Shown: positions 1 to 12,859 of the stretch, one piece after another | Layout: each line of letters opens with the position of its first letter | Position numbering within the stretch: position 1 is the stretch's first letter | From: Saprolegnia diclina VS20 | Lineage: Eukaryota | NCBI RefSeq assembly: GCF_000281045.1 | Contig: NW_008246114.1 | Span: 108,406 to 172,405 of the forward strand | Reading direction: 5' to 3' | DNA length: 64,000 nt | Notes under the pieces: generated by a model | What the model saw: only the letters and a program-made list of their open reading frames with translations | Databases searched by the model: none | Told to the model about the DNA's origin: nothing | Translations under genes and position numbers: made by a program

Positions 1-71
1 AGCGCCAAATTGATGCTGCGAGTTTACGTTCAGAATCCATATATTATGCAAATTGCGTCAACTTAAACAAA

Positions 72-1058
72 CTAGATGGCGTGGTCGAGGATCGTGAGGA
101 GGAGCGCACGGTAGTCGCCGCTCGTCTCGCCTTCGACGCGTTGGCGCAGCGTGGTGCGGTACTTGGCCTGGTACGCCTGCTTGACCTGCGGCAGCAGGTG
201 CTGGTAGCGCACAATGGCCGCCGAGAGACCGTACTCGTCCGTGCCAATGCCGCTCATCGTGCTCTCGATCTGCTCGACAATCGTCTCGATCGGACGCAGG
301 ATGATGTTGACGTGGTACACGAGGCCGTCTTCGGCCTTGCCGCCAAACTCGCTCTGAATCGCGTGCACGAGGCCGTGCTTGTGCTTGGCCGCATACGCCG
401 CGTCGACGGTCGCGAGGAACTGCGGCGGGATCGAGCAGATCGCGTTGGAGAACGCCGACTCGTCCGTGCCCCACTTGCCCTCGCCGGCCTTGTAAATAGC
501 CTCGGCGATCTCGGCCGCCTTGGCCGGCGTGTGGATGCTCGGGTTGTACGGCTGGGCCATCTGGTTGAGCGCCGCGAGGTAGAACGTCTTGAGGTCGCCG
601 CTCAGGTCATCGTTGACGGCGACAACGAGGTCCTTCTGGAAGATCTTGTAGAACGCCTTCTTGAGGATGTTGAGCTCGACGTTCGAGCGGCCGCTGAGGA
701 CCGGGATCAACAGCTTCTCGGTCGTGCCGGCGCCCTTGGTCGCATCCCGGATGATCATGGCCTCGGCCTCCTCGATCGGCTGCGAGAGGAGCTGGAGAAG
801 CTTGCCGTAGTCGCCCGACGTCTCGGACGCCATCTCGGAGAGGAGCGACTTTTGGTACAGCTCCGGGTAGCGGAGGTGGATGAGGCAGCGCTCGACGGGC
901 GACTTGTTGCCGAGGACCGTGCTGAGCTTGGCCTCGTTCGTGCCGAAGCCGGCGCACGCCGCCTGGATCTCCTTGCACGCGCGGTCAATGCCCGGGTTGG
1001 CGTGGCCGATCGAGCGACCGGCGTCGACCTCGTACGTCTGCTGCGGGTAAATGTTCAT
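72..1058 (-). CDS. Annexin (four annexin repeats, intronless)
   Basis: ORF from ATG 1058 (MNIYPQQ...). Four repeats carry the GxGT motif (AGFGTNE, KGAGTTE, GKWGTDE, SGIGTDE) and ETSGDY/DLSGD endonexin motifs. Confidence 0.95.
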   Translation of the reverse strand: MNIYPQQTYEVDAGRSIGHANPGIDRACKEIQAACAGFGTNEAKLSTVLGNKSPVERCLIHLRYPELYQKSLLSEMASETSGDYGKLLQLLSQPIEEAEAMIIRDATKGAGTTEKLLIPVLSGRSNVELNILKKAFYKIFQKDLVVAVNDDLSGDLKTFYLAALNQMAQPYNPSIHTPAKAAEIAEAIYKAGEGKWGTDESAFSNAICSIPPQFLATVDAAYAAKHKHGLVHAIQSEFGGKAEDGLVYHVNIILRPIETIVEQIESTMSGIGTDEYGLSAAIVRYQHLLPQVKQAYQAKYRTTLRQRVEGETSGDYRALLLTILDHAI

Positions 1059-1834
1059 GGTGGTGGTGGTGGTTGGTGTTCGATTTGAAAATGAAGAGCA
1101 CACAAGTGGACCAAAAAGTGCGGTGTAAAAGCTCTGCCGAGCACGTGGCACCGCAGATTCAGCGGCCAACGGCGCTGTGGCATAGCATCCACCGTCCCGA
1201 TGGCATAGGCGTTTCGAGACGAATACCTGAATTGTTGATAGCATCTGGGACAGTGAAAACTCTGGCGACCATCTACCACATGGTGTGAGATCGAGGAGAT
1301 ATCCCTGCGATCCGCCGCAGTCGAGGAGGAGGATAAGGTGTCCAAGTTCAATGACGACATCGTTTCTGCGAGCACCTTGTGCCTCAGCTCAAAACGTCGC
1401 TCGCTCTGCCAACGGTGTCCGTCGACGGTGCTTGGACTGGACGGAGATGCGGTGTGTGCCTCTACACCTAACACCAGCAGCACATTCCAGACCTTGCGAG
1501 GCGATAGAATACCCAGAATCTCGGACGCAGATCAAGCTGTCAGCATCGGTGCCGAGACACTGCCACGTGGAAGTTCGACCAAGCAGCGGCTGCGACCGAC
1601 CACACCATCGACGATTCAGTGAGGTTGTCGGGTGGAACAAGCCAACAAGTCGACAACATGCGTCAATGTTTCGCGTCAAGTCGGTTAGGAGCGACGTTAT
1701 TGCACAGGCCGACAATTTATACGCCCAACAATCCAACTATCCATTTATATAACTATCTATCCATCTATCTATCCTTCTGTCTATCGAGAGGGCTGGGTTG
1801 TTTTGAGCTGGACGGTCGCAGTTCACCCGACGGT

Positions 1835-3357
1835 ATGAACACGCACTGGTAGTGGCATTGAGATAGATACAGGGTCTGCTTCCTGGCCAAAATCACCGAT
1901 TTGCTCTTTGCTCGCAGAGTACGAGGAGTTTCAAAGGAGCTCGCCGGTTTCACTCGCGGTGATGAAAGCAGCGTCGGCCCACCGCCTGTCGCCGGTCGAG
2001 GCCACGCGGGCGTGTGCGATCCTCGAAGAGACAATCGAGAAGCTTTCGTTCCTCGGTAGCATCACGCCCGACATTCTGCAACACCGCGAAGAGCTCTCGC
2101 AAGTCGTTGGCGACGAGATTTCGCGCATCATCCAAGAGCAGCGACGCCTCGAAGCCAAGTACGAGAGCCTCATTTCCCAGCGCAGCGTCCTCAAGGTACA
2201 TATTGTGTTTTCTTGTGTACAACACGACAATCTGTATGTGCATTGCCAGGGCCTCGCCAACAAATCCAAGTTTAAGGAAACCCAGCGCGACATCCAAGAG
2301 GTCAGCCGTGCGCTGCGTGAGTCGACGCGGAGTTTGTGTCGCAACCTCAAGGTAGTGACTATCATTGTAGCGATCGACGGACAATATTGTCGATAGGACA
2401 ATCCCAATTTCGGGGGCAATTTGATGAAAATTCAGTACGAGCGCCAAGCCCTCATCGATTTACTGACCGAGACGACGCGGGAGCTCCGCGGCTGCGGCTA
2501 CGAGTCGCTCGTGACGTACGTCACCGAAGGCAAACATGCGGCCGAGAAGGCAGCCGACCTCATCGAGACCGAGAAGGAGGCCACGGAAGAGGTCAAGCGC
2601 CTCACGCAGGAGCTCGCGCGGGAAAAAATCGAGCACACGCGGGAAATCGCCGATCAAAAAAACGCCATTGCGCTCTTGAAAGAGCAGCTATTGCAGGTAC
2701 CCACCATGTTTTTCTTGTGCAAATGGCAATTTTTGTATTTTGATTGTTTTTGGACAAATTTTGGTTGTCGACCAAATGTGATCAATATTGAACCGTGACT
2801 TGACGCTCGTCTAGGTCAAATCCAAAACGCAGATCGACATTCGATATGCACGCAGCGAAGCCAAGGCCAAGACGGCGTCGACGGCCCGTTTGTACCAGCA
2901 GCTCATCACCGAAGAGAAGGCGAAAATCGAAGCCGTCACGCGCGAGTGCGACTCGGAGGCGCGGGTGCACGCCGAGACGGTCGGGTTTCTAAAGGCCAAG
3001 CACGAGAGCCTCCACAAGGACTATGACCACTGGAATGAAAAATACGAGCGCGACATGGCCGCCAAGCAAGCCGAGCTCGCCAAGCTCACGAGCGAGCGCA
3101 ACGGAAATGCCGCCAAGCTCGAGGGGCTTCAGAAACGCTGGGTCGAGGAGGTCGAGCTCCAGAAGAACAAGGAAAACGAAAAGCGGCGGCTCAAAGAGCT
3201 CGAAGTCCTCAAGCGCGAAGAACTGAAAAAGCAGACGTTTGCCGCGCGCAAGATCCAAGCCGCGTACCGCGCGCACAAGATTATTCTCGACGAAAAGAAA
3301 AAACTCGCGGAGACTAGCAAAAAGAAGAAAAAGGGCGGCAAAAAGGGCAAAAAATAG
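1835..3357 (+). CDS. IQCG: Dynein regulatory complex subunit 9 / IQCG-like flagellar coiled-coil protein, about 5 exons
   Basis: Spliced translation ...LCRNLK|DNPNFGGNLMKIQYER...IALLKEQLLQ|VKSKTQIDIRY...EARVHAETVGFL...HWNEKYERD... has a C-terminal IQ motif (AARKIQAAYRAH) and a Lys-rich tail. It follows my recollection of IQCG. The start exon is uncertain. Confidence 0.8.
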
Positions 3358-4203
3358 GGGTTTTCAATCATACAACACACACCACTCTTGTACAAAATGG
3401 CCAGACCGTGTGTTTGTAGAAGTGAGGTAGCAATGTGGGATCGCAGCGCGTTGCATGCATGCATAGTCGTACGATGCATCGCTACTGTGTCGATGTGCGG
3501 TGACACAATAGGGGTCGGGGTATCGGTGCTTCGAATCAAGATACCTATTGACGAAAATGTATGCAGATGTATTTTGATTCCAAGCGCTTTTTCGATAGTC
3601 ATGGGCTACAATTCTCAAAATGGCCAAAACTTGGGCACTTTCGGCTACAAACCGCGAGCGTGTTTATGCAGTGAAGTCACTGCACTACAAAACACATGCC
3701 AAAGAATTTGGTGGTAATGGGCCGTACTACTACCACGGGCATACATCGCTCGGACGTTAATTCTACCTGCATCGTGTGTCTCATCGAGGGGTTTGGCTGT
3801 GTTGAAAAACACCAAACCACGCGACGCACACGTAAGTGTCGAGCCCGCGGAGGCAATCCCATTCCAGACGTTGGTCCAGATGACCGCGACGCCAACGCTG
3901 ATGGTTGCGTCATTCGAGGCGCATCAGGAGTCACCGCTCGGCGCTCATGTACGCGGGCTGTTTGATGTGGAAGATTCTTCAAGGCTGGAGCATCGAGAGG
4001 CCGGGTTCGAGACTGCCTGAGGTGAAGACAGGTGACTGGTCCGCGTGTTTGAGCACATGCCCTTGGTGTCACTGATGCTCTGGTTGATGTCGACGCTGTC
4101 CTTTCGTAATATCAAAAAAGACGATACAGAATGCAGTTGTACAGGGGACCCCTTCAATTCACTCTACAGCACACAGGATTCTTGATGTCTCTAACTACAC
4201 GCG

Positions 4204-6360
4204 TCATCCCGACGTCTCGCCCGTGAGCTGGAGGATCTTGTACGGCCGGTTGCTTTCGTCCATCTCGGCCGCGATACCGAGCTCGGCCTTGAGCGTATGC
4301 GGCGAGATGAAATCCCACTGCTCGAACGCCTTTTGCTTCTCGGGGGGCGGGTCTTGGTACCAGTCATCTACACAAACATCAGTATCAATGTATCAGGCTA
4401 TCACGTACGTCGAATGAAGTGCTTGTCGCGCGCGTCAAAGTGCGCCATCATGTTCCAAAAGTTTGAGTACGTCTTTCGGTCCGTGAGTGGCTTGAGGCTC
4501 GGCGTGAATTCCGGTTGCACGTGCTTGACCATGAGGCGTTCCCAGTCCAAACCATGAAAGAACGGGTGCTCCATGATATCGAGGAACCCGCGGGACGTGC
4601 ACCCCATGCGATTCACCGCGTTCACTTCCAGAAGTCGATTGATAAAGTCCCGCGCATTCGCCGACACCTACCCGCTCTTGAACGATGGATTCCACGTTTG
4701 ATAACGTACCTGGTCCGGGTAGTCGACGCCAGCTGCCATGCGCTCGAGCTCGGCGCGGTATTGCGACCGGGGGCTGAGCTTGGCGACTTCGACTTCTTGC
4801 GCAATCTCGGCGAGGAACCCGTCGCCGAGTACGTTGTAGAGGTTGAAGGGCTGGTAGCCGCAAATGAGCTCGTAGATGGTCACCCCGAGCGACCAATAGT
4901 CGATCGTGAAATTGTACCCGGGCCGCTCTTCCCGCCGAAGGAGCTTCCCCGAGATGAGCTCGGGCGCCATGTAGCCCTTTGTGCCGACCGTGGTCTTGCG
5001 GCGTGTGTTCTTGGCGTCCGGCGGCCGAGCAAATGATTTTGGCACGGTTTGTGTCTGCCCCGAGAGCTGCACGACGCCGTGGGGGTTGTGGTCTTCTTCC
5101 GGCAGCGTCACGTGCGACTCGACGCGGGCCAAGCCCGCGGCGTCCGTGGCCTTTGCGGCCTCGCGGTCGGCCTCTTCGCGGTGCTTTTTCGCGCGGATTT
5201 CTTCGAGGCCGGTCGCGAGGCCCATGTCGGCGAGGACAATGTGTCCATCTTCGCCCAAGAGCACATTGCACGGCTTGAGGTCGCGGTAGATCAAGCCGAG
5301 TTCGTGCAAATGGTTGAGCGCGAGCGCAATCTCGGCAGCGTACAAGCGCACCCGGCCTTCGGGGAGGTACCCGCGCTTGGAGCCTTTCATGAGCTCGTTG
5401 AGGTCGCCGCCGCGCACAAGCTCGGTCACAATGATGGCGTGGGCGCTGGTCTGGAAGCTGTAGTGCATGTCGAGGATGTACGGGTGGTTGCACATTTGGA
5501 GAATGTCCTTCTCGGACGTGATTTGATCGAGCTGGTCTTGGTGCTCGTGGAGAAGCCCGTTCTTGAGTTGAATTTTCATCGCTAGTATAATCGATAGAAG
5601 ACAATATGTTGACAACGTGACGCGATACCGTAATGCTTGCCGGTGGACTTTTTCCGAGCATGCACGACACGACCAAAGCCCCCCGAGCCGAGGAGCTCGA
5701 GGTAGTCGAAATCATCGACTGTCACTTTGTTGTACGTGTCCTTGAGCTCGAGCTTGTAGAGGTCGTACTCGGGCGAGCTCTTGAAGCGATGGTACGTGTT
5801 CTTGCACATGTCGTCAAAACACATTTTCTGAATCGGCGCAAAAAACTCTTTTGTGATTTGGCTCGGGTCGCCGTCAATGACCTTGATCAATTCCTAATGG
5901 AAGGAAATGTAGCATATTTCTTTTTCAAAATAGAGGCAGGACGTACGTCGTACTGCTCGACCATGTCGGACGCAAGGCCACCGAGCGCCATGGCCGCGCC
6001 GTGCTTGATGTATTTTTTATAAATGTGCTTGGCCACCGAGCGCTGGTAGCCGCTGGACGGCGCCTCGATGAACTCCATGCACTCGACCCAGCAGTAGAAC
6101 GTCTCGCTCGTGAGAATCTTCTTGGCGTAATTGCCAATGTGCTTTTGACCGACCGGATCGTGGAGCATTTGCGTGAGCTCGTCGTCCGCGATCGAGAGAC
6201 GCCCCGAGCTCTTGACGCGGTTCATATTGGACGCGGGCACCATCTTCCACTGCGTGTTGGCAGCGACCAGCGGCGCTGGCACGCCACGGCCCGTCATCTT
6301 GGGTGCTACCTTGGCCTGCGTCGACTTGGCGTCGCCGCCCTTGCTCGCACCCCCGCCCAT
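4204..6360 (-). CDS. GRK-like kinase: RGS-homology domain plus AGC Ser/Thr kinase, multi-exon
   Basis: Starts MGGGASK (myristoylation-like). RGS domain: LHDPVGQKHIGNYAKK..SETFYCW..AKHIYKKYI..YHRFKSS. Kinase motifs: LGSGGFGRV, YRDLKPCN, ADMGLA, VGTKGYMAPE, DYWSLGV. An AGC C-tail ends at TGA 4204-4206. Confidence 0.9.
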
Positions 6361-7794
6361 GCTGAGGAAACAGTCCAACTGTGGCGCTTCACGGACGGAT
6401 GTTTCGCTTGTATTTTTAGCAAATTTGTTTTTAGACAACCTAACGACTAGCGACGGCGATTTAGTAGAAGACGCGCTCATCACACTACTACAGTGCACGA
6501 TTCGCCTCGTACTAGTACACAATTTTCGCCCGACCGTCAAGGCGGCGGACGATCCGTAGTCTTAAAAAGTTGAGCGTTGAAGGGTTAACCATCCAACACC
6601 GGGAGTTGAAGTCTGAATGCGAAATGAGTCGGTTGACTATTATTTGCGTGCACACTAGTAGCATCCAAGTATCGGTAGTATCGAAAGGAAAGTGGAAAAG
6701 TTGGAAATTGGCATGGGGAGTGGTGATGAGGTGAGCTTACACTCGAGAAACTCAAGACCATCGACCCGACGCGCGCCAACGACAGCGTGAAAACCGGCGA
6801 CACGATTGTCGTACCAAAGTGCTTACACTGCAAAAAGAAAAAGTGATGATAGCCAATCGCGGGCTCGAACCCACGATGAGCTGAGTAGCATCTCCACCCG
6901 TGGGCGATTTCGACACCAGGTTGTGGGCTTGGTCGGCGTTCCGGCATAATTGAGAGGTTGCGATGTTGCAAGGTTGTTGGAGGACGAGTAATATCCTGGC
7001 GTACAGGTACAGGTAGGTAGGTATAAGAGTCGCGTTATCGGAGAATATTAGATCATATACGCAGCCACGCTGCTTGGACGAAGGTGACGTTGTTGCTGTC
7101 ACTGTGAGCGTCGTTCTTCAAGGACCGATGGAGCTTTGGAGCCAAATACGAAGGTAGATATCGATGGAAGATCGAGGGGATGATCAGGGTTAAAAAGCTC
7201 TTAGATGGTTAGTCAACACGTAAGCTTCAGAGTTGGATTATCTGTATGGCATCACGCCATCCCCGTAAATTGAAAATCAAACGCACAAGTCAGAGAGATG
7301 ATAATGTTCTCGTCACAGACCAAACCTTGAGGCTGGATCAGAGAGATTCCCATTTTATCCAAATCATCACTCTTGTGCAGATAGTTATGAATAAAATGAA
7401 AGGAAATCGATCGATTGGAGATCAGATAGGAGCGAAAGACATTGCTGATGTTAGTTCATCATAAATTTTCAGTTGAACTATGCATATTCAAATCATCAAG
7501 TCGCCAATCAAATACAGAAATGCATAAAAGGAAAGATGCAGCTCCATTGGAAAGCAGGAGAAAATGTTTCATTGTCTCAGGACATGACATAAAACCTCAC
7601 TCAAAACCACAGACTCCATACATTCATTGTGGCTGCGGTGAAGTCGAATACGACGCACTTGTCTGCTTGGTTGAGGCACGGATCGGGTTTGTGAAGCGAG
7701 TCGGCAATGAACACGTACAACACAATATCATTCGAGAAATATGAGTAGATTTCTTATGGTGTTTTCGGCATGAAAAATGATGCGACATTGGGAA

Positions 7795-8016
7795 CCCTCA
7801 GCAAAAAATTAGAGTTTCTATGGAAGGTGTATCCTCACGGTGTAATCAGAGAGGTGGTACAGTTTGTCATCTCTAGGTTCCCATGTCGTCACTTGTCTAG
7901 TCCTTACGAATATACGCATAAATACAAGTGGTGGAGTGTCCCTCAGCAAAAAATTAGAGTTTCTATGGAGTATGTATCCTCACGGAGTAATCAGAGAGGT
8001 GGTACATTTTGTCATC
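7795..8016. repeat. Imperfect direct duplication of ~77 bp (7795-7871 and ~7940-8016)
   Basis: CCCTCAGCAAAAAATTAGAGTTTCTATGGA...TAATCAGAGAGGTGGTACA.TTTGTCATC occurs twice with a few mismatches. Confidence 0.9.
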
Positions 8017-8142
8017 CTCGGGCACAGTTCTACTACTACTGATCCTGCTGCTACTCGCAATCGCGCAATTTCGAAACTGACCACTCGACCGGCCGGCGCC
8101 AAACGGTGCGCTCTTGGCGGCCACTCGTTCCGGCCAGATCTG

Positions 8143-8421
8143 ATTGGCTCGTCCGTGATTGGTCGAATGAAACTGCACACATTTATACATGCATTGCTAG
8201 AGGTTTTTAAAGAGCCAATCGCGAAACTGCACACATTTATACATGCATTGCTAGAGGTTTTTAAAGAGCCAATCCCGCGGCGACATATCGTGCATTTCTA
8301 CCAATCACCCTGCAGCGTGCATTGAACCAATCCACTGCGCCACACAGGGCATTAACAGCCAATCCCCATACAAGACCAATCAACCAATCCAGAACGAGGA
8401 AAGCGTAGCTTTTGTACCAAT
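8143..8421. promoter_or_regulatory. Dense CCAAT-box cluster upstream of the gene starting at 8446
   Basis: CCAAT at 8215, 8269, 8301, 8327, 8359, 8376, 8384 and 8417; ATTGG at 8143 and 8158. Confidence 0.55.
8169..8274. repeat. Tandem duplication of 52 bp, period 54
   Basis: GAAACTGCACACATTTATACATGCATTGCTAGAGGTTTTTAAAGAGCCAATC at 8169-8220 and 8223-8274. Confidence 0.95.
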
Positions 8422-8445
8422 CGCGGCAACGCAAAGATCCCGACA

Positions 8446-10249
8446 ATGCTTCGACCGACGACCCAGTGGCAGGCCGCGCTACGGGACGGCGACAGAGCTA
8501 CGCATGGCAAGCGCAAGCCAGTGCGTCAACCCAGCCAGCCACGTCCGCTCAAGGAGCCTCCGTACGCCCGAGCGAACTGCATATCGAGCGCTCATACTGC
8601 GCTAGGCGAGAGCCATCGGCTGCTGAGCTGCTCAAGGCCTTCGCCCGGGAGATGGAGGCTACCAAGACGCCCTTGGCAACAGCATGCCCTAGCCAAGTGG
8701 CAAAACCTTCCTTGGTCGAGCCTACTGTGCGCTACGAGTTACATCCCAATACAAACTTTGCCAGCCTCATGGCATCGACGTCCGAGCCAGCCTCGTCGCT
8801 AGCACCAAGTCCGTTGTCCGCTCCGACACCACTGCCGCGCCCATCGACGGCGACAGCTACGTCGTATGCCCGGCCTCCTCAGAGTCCTTTGTCGACGCTC
8901 AAGACACAGGTGCAGTGTGATTCCAGGCGTATCTGGATCTCACGCACTTGACAGCGGTCGCTTCTTCACGCCCGGGTCAAGTCGCTCGGCCACGCATTGC
9001 CCGAGTCTCGGACGCTCCACGCCTTGTACTATGGCGTGCATCAAGCAACTTCTAACAACGTTATCTCGTCTAGACGCGAGCTCGGTGCCAGTGTCCGGTC
9101 GTCGACCAAGATTCTCGACGGAACGACGTCCGAGACAGACCTCGACGCACCATGGCTACTAGAGCGGCGAGGTCTGGACATTCCTCGCTCGCTGCCACCG
9201 AGGCCTCTACCGATGCCGCACCCCCGTCCGCAGCTGCCTCCAAGCGCCAAGGACTCGTGGGACGTCAACTTGGCCGACCTCGCAACGATCTTGAGTCGAT
9301 ACAAACACGAGCTCGAGAAGCTTCTCGATGAAGACGCTGCCAAGGCGCCGCCACCGACTCCGACCAAGGACACCACGTCCACCGTGTCTGCGACTAGGGT
9401 CGACACACCTTCCTCCGCCGCCGTAACGAGCGAAGCAGCGTCGAGCGTGCATGTCGCAGCCAGCAGTGACATCTCGCACGATGTGCCTGAATATGCCACT
9501 TTGCCGCCGGAGACCCGCCTTTCAGAGAGCCCTACGAGCGAATGCAGGGTCAAAAAGGCAAGGATCCCATCTCCTGGGACAAAAAACGTATTGGGCGTCA
9601 CCGATATCGTCGAAAAGCCTGCAGCCTTTTCGACTGAAAAATGGTTTATCTCGGCGCCGCCGATATCATCTGAGGCGCCTTTGTTCCGCTTTTGCGTGTT
9701 TGACGCACCCGCGCCGATGGAGCCGCACGTCTTATCCCTCGATTTTGTCCCAATGCCATTGGCTGTGTCCTGCGCCGAGGTGTCCTCTCCACCGACAGTA
9801 AGCTCGGCTGTCGGCGGATGGACACCACTCGAACCCACGTGCTCGTCCCGATGGGCGTCGACCATGTCATTGCCACCAGCCGCCACGCACCAAGCGGATA
9901 TGCCTGCCAGTACAGAATCGTCGTGCGCTTCTTCGCGCGCGCCCGCCATTGCCATCGACGACTTGCGCGTTTCATCGACGGTGTTGCCGTCTGCCATGTG
10001 CCAAGCAGGAGCAACGACAGCGCAAAGCGACATCTCGGTATGTAGTATGGTTTGCATTCGAGCGCATGGACGGTGTAGGCTGCGTCGTCACGGCGGCCGC
10101 GCTGCGTCGACGATGCCATGTGGCCGTTGCCTGCATCCGTCTCGTCGGGCTACCGTCAAAAGCAAGATCACCTTCTTCATGCGGGGCTCCACCATCGACT
10201 ATGGTCGTCCAAAAGCTCGATAGCTGCGTCGACAACCACTAGCATCTAA
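8446..10249 (+). CDS. Hypothetical Ser/Pro/Ala-rich, largely disordered protein, 4 exons
   Basis: GT-AG introns 8562-8605, 8910-8953 and 10038-10078 join the ORFs into one open frame from ATG 8446 to TAA 10247-10249. No domain recognised. Confidence 0.55.
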
Positions 10250-10591
10250 GACTCTGATACACATCTTACGGCGTACGAGCTCAAGGCTCTTCGTTAAGTA
10301 GTAACTATCATTCACGTACCAAAGGACCGTCGACTGCAAAATGTCATACCAGTTCCTGTCACAACAACCGCTCAGTTGGCGAGCCTACAACAAGGGACAA
10401 CAACAAGACATGATGATTTACGCTTGCGAATTCTTGCCTACGAGTAGCTTGAAACACAAAAGCGACTGTGGCCATCATGTACCTGGCTTTGCTTACCCTA
10501 GCCCGCGCTCGAAATAGCAAAATTATTGAGTCTAATTCCACGTACAACGGCCGTGGCGTTGTCGTAGCAAGGCCGGCAACGCGCAAGGACG

Positions 10592-11861
10592 ATGCAAGAC
10601 GACGACCGGACCGAGCAACCCCGCGTCGGCTTTTTCTACCCGACCAACGGCAGCGGAAGTACCTCCAAGCTGCAGATCCGGTCGCGGCCCAAGCCGGCGC
10701 CGTCCAGCAACCAAGTTGCGCGGGCTCAACACGTCCTCGCCCAGGTCCCATTTCATTTCGCTCGAGAAATGATACCAGTGGACGCTGTTTGTAGGCGACG
10801 ACGTTCTTCGAGACGGCCAGCTCGGAGGTCTACGCCGTCGACGTGGCCATGCGCAACGTGCGCGCCGCCATGGACTCGTTTCAGCTCGTCATGGAAAAGC
10901 AGGTATTCCGATCAACTAATCGTCTCTGCTACAAGTATCTCATTCAGCGATTATATAGCTCTATCTGTGCAACGACTATGACGGGTTTCGTGTCTCACGG
11001 CTCAAGGCCGACATGCTCGACACGCTCGAAACCATCAAGAGTGCAAGTACCTCCATGGAGCAAACGTCGCTTCGGCTGCAAAAATCGATTGGCGTCGGGC
11101 GAAAGTACATTGTGTCGCACACGGCGGCGCTCGGGCGACCGAAAAAAGGAAGCGCCGAGACACTGAGCGTGCTCGAGCTGACGCCGACCAACGCGGTCGC
11201 GTCGCTCTACGACGTCCTCTTCCCCCCTCAAGTCGTGCCAAGCGTGCCCCCCGAAAACCTTGCGTTTGTGTACGCCCCTTCTTCGGTTTTCCCACTAAGA
11301 AATGCGGGGAGTAGGCTCGACAAACTGGCGTTCCGGGGCAAATCCGTGCTCGAGAAGAAAGAATTGCTGCTCTTTTACCGCGAATTGTGCAATTGGAGTC
11401 TTGCCAACAACAGCGTCATCTCGGCGCTCGACCGTGCGAACCAAAAAAAACACACAACACGCTACGCCACGATCCTCACGGCAGCGTCATGGGAAGCGCT
11501 TGAAGCCCGCGACGGGGAAGTCCACGAACTCAGTCATGTGCCGCGGGCTGAAATCGAGGCATTTGTGACATCAAGCGCCTTTCCGACGCTAGTGAAAAGC
11601 GTGAGTGACCGACTGGGCACGCCGTCGCCGCCAAAGTCGGCGTCTACGCCGTCCAAAGAGACGTCGTCCGGGCAACTGAGCGCGGCCGAGCAAACGCTGT
11701 CGATGGCCAAGATGCTGCACGATCTCGCGACCGCCGAGTCGGAGGCCAAGGCCGGGTACCGGCTCTCGGTGCGGTCGAACGCAGCCCGTTCCAAGGAGTT
11801 TTCCAAAGCCTTTCTATCCGCCTCGAAAGAACTCATGGAGAAGGAGACGGCTTTTTTTTAG
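10592..11861 (+). CDS. Hypothetical helical protein, about 3 exons
   Basis: MQDDDRTEQPRVGFFYP...HVLAQ|ATTFFET...VMEKQ|ADMLDTLET... leads into a 282-aa terminal ORF with coding-like codon usage. Confidence 0.65.
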
Positions 11862-12859
11862 CCCGTCCTCTCGTACGAGTCCTAGTCGTAGGCATGATCA
11901 ATAGACCGGCTGTGTACGAATATGGCGTCTTCCCTCGACGGTGCGAGCGAGAGGTGACGACGGTGTGCACGGATCGAGATATTGCATGCAACGCGCGCGA
12001 CGCGAGGCCGTCAAGCGCGTCTGCCTAGCTTGCGCAACGATAAGCGAGTCTACCACATCTCTACCAAAAGTACTAGCTTGGACCGACGTCAGCTTCGAAC
12101 GGCCAACACGCTCATATCTCTATAGAACTTTCATGGGCACGTAGACTGTAGCAGTGTCCTTGTAGCTTCCGTCCTGGCGTGCATCGAGCTGCACTCGGTA
12201 CTTGCTGAAAAGAGTTTGTTGAAGTGCCACGTCGTGTGTTTTATATTCGTGAGTGCAAACGGCAAATTGCGATTCTTGAATCTTTACGACGAGCGCCGAA
12301 CGTACGTACTGTACAGATCTCGGAGCTTCTTCTTCGTCGTCGTTGTCCTCTTGATATCATACACGATCGAAAGCCACCGTGCAGTCCCTCTACAAGCGCA
12401 GCTGCGCACCTGTGATAGCCCAAACGTTGATGCTGCCCACATCGCTGGCGTGCGATCGTGTCGGCGCATCTCGGCAGCAAAGTCGCTCGCTCTCCTCCAC
12501 GCACGCGCCTTGAGGTTTTTGCACGCCGCCATGCAAGCATGTTCCCGCCCTAAACTCGCGTCGTCACCGACCTGAGTCCCACGAGCCGCAAGCCAAAGAA
12601 AAAAAGGGTGCCACAGAGGCCCGGTCACACATTGTTCGGATACAGTCCGCGCTGATTGGTGGATCTATTTTTTGTCGCGCGCCGATTGGTGCATTTGAAT
12701 TCGCGCGCTGGCATGAACCTTCTCAACCTGGTTTCCGCGATGGGACAGCGCGCGCGGAGATGACGGCAGCTGTTGAAGCGCCGCCTCTGATGGCTGGCAC
12801 AGCGTGCAGTCAGTATACTACAATCGAACTTGACATCCAGCACGTACTTCTTCAGCAGT

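Noticed and set aside
81..1088. 335-aa plus-strand ORF
   Set aside because: Antisense shadow of annexin caused by GC3-rich codon bias.
1753..1785. (CTAT)n-like microsatellite
   Set aside because: Short, degenerate and ordinary.
7795..8274. Repeats considered as a CRISPR array
   Set aside because: Only two copies of each unit, no spacer series, no cas genes, and a eukaryotic context.
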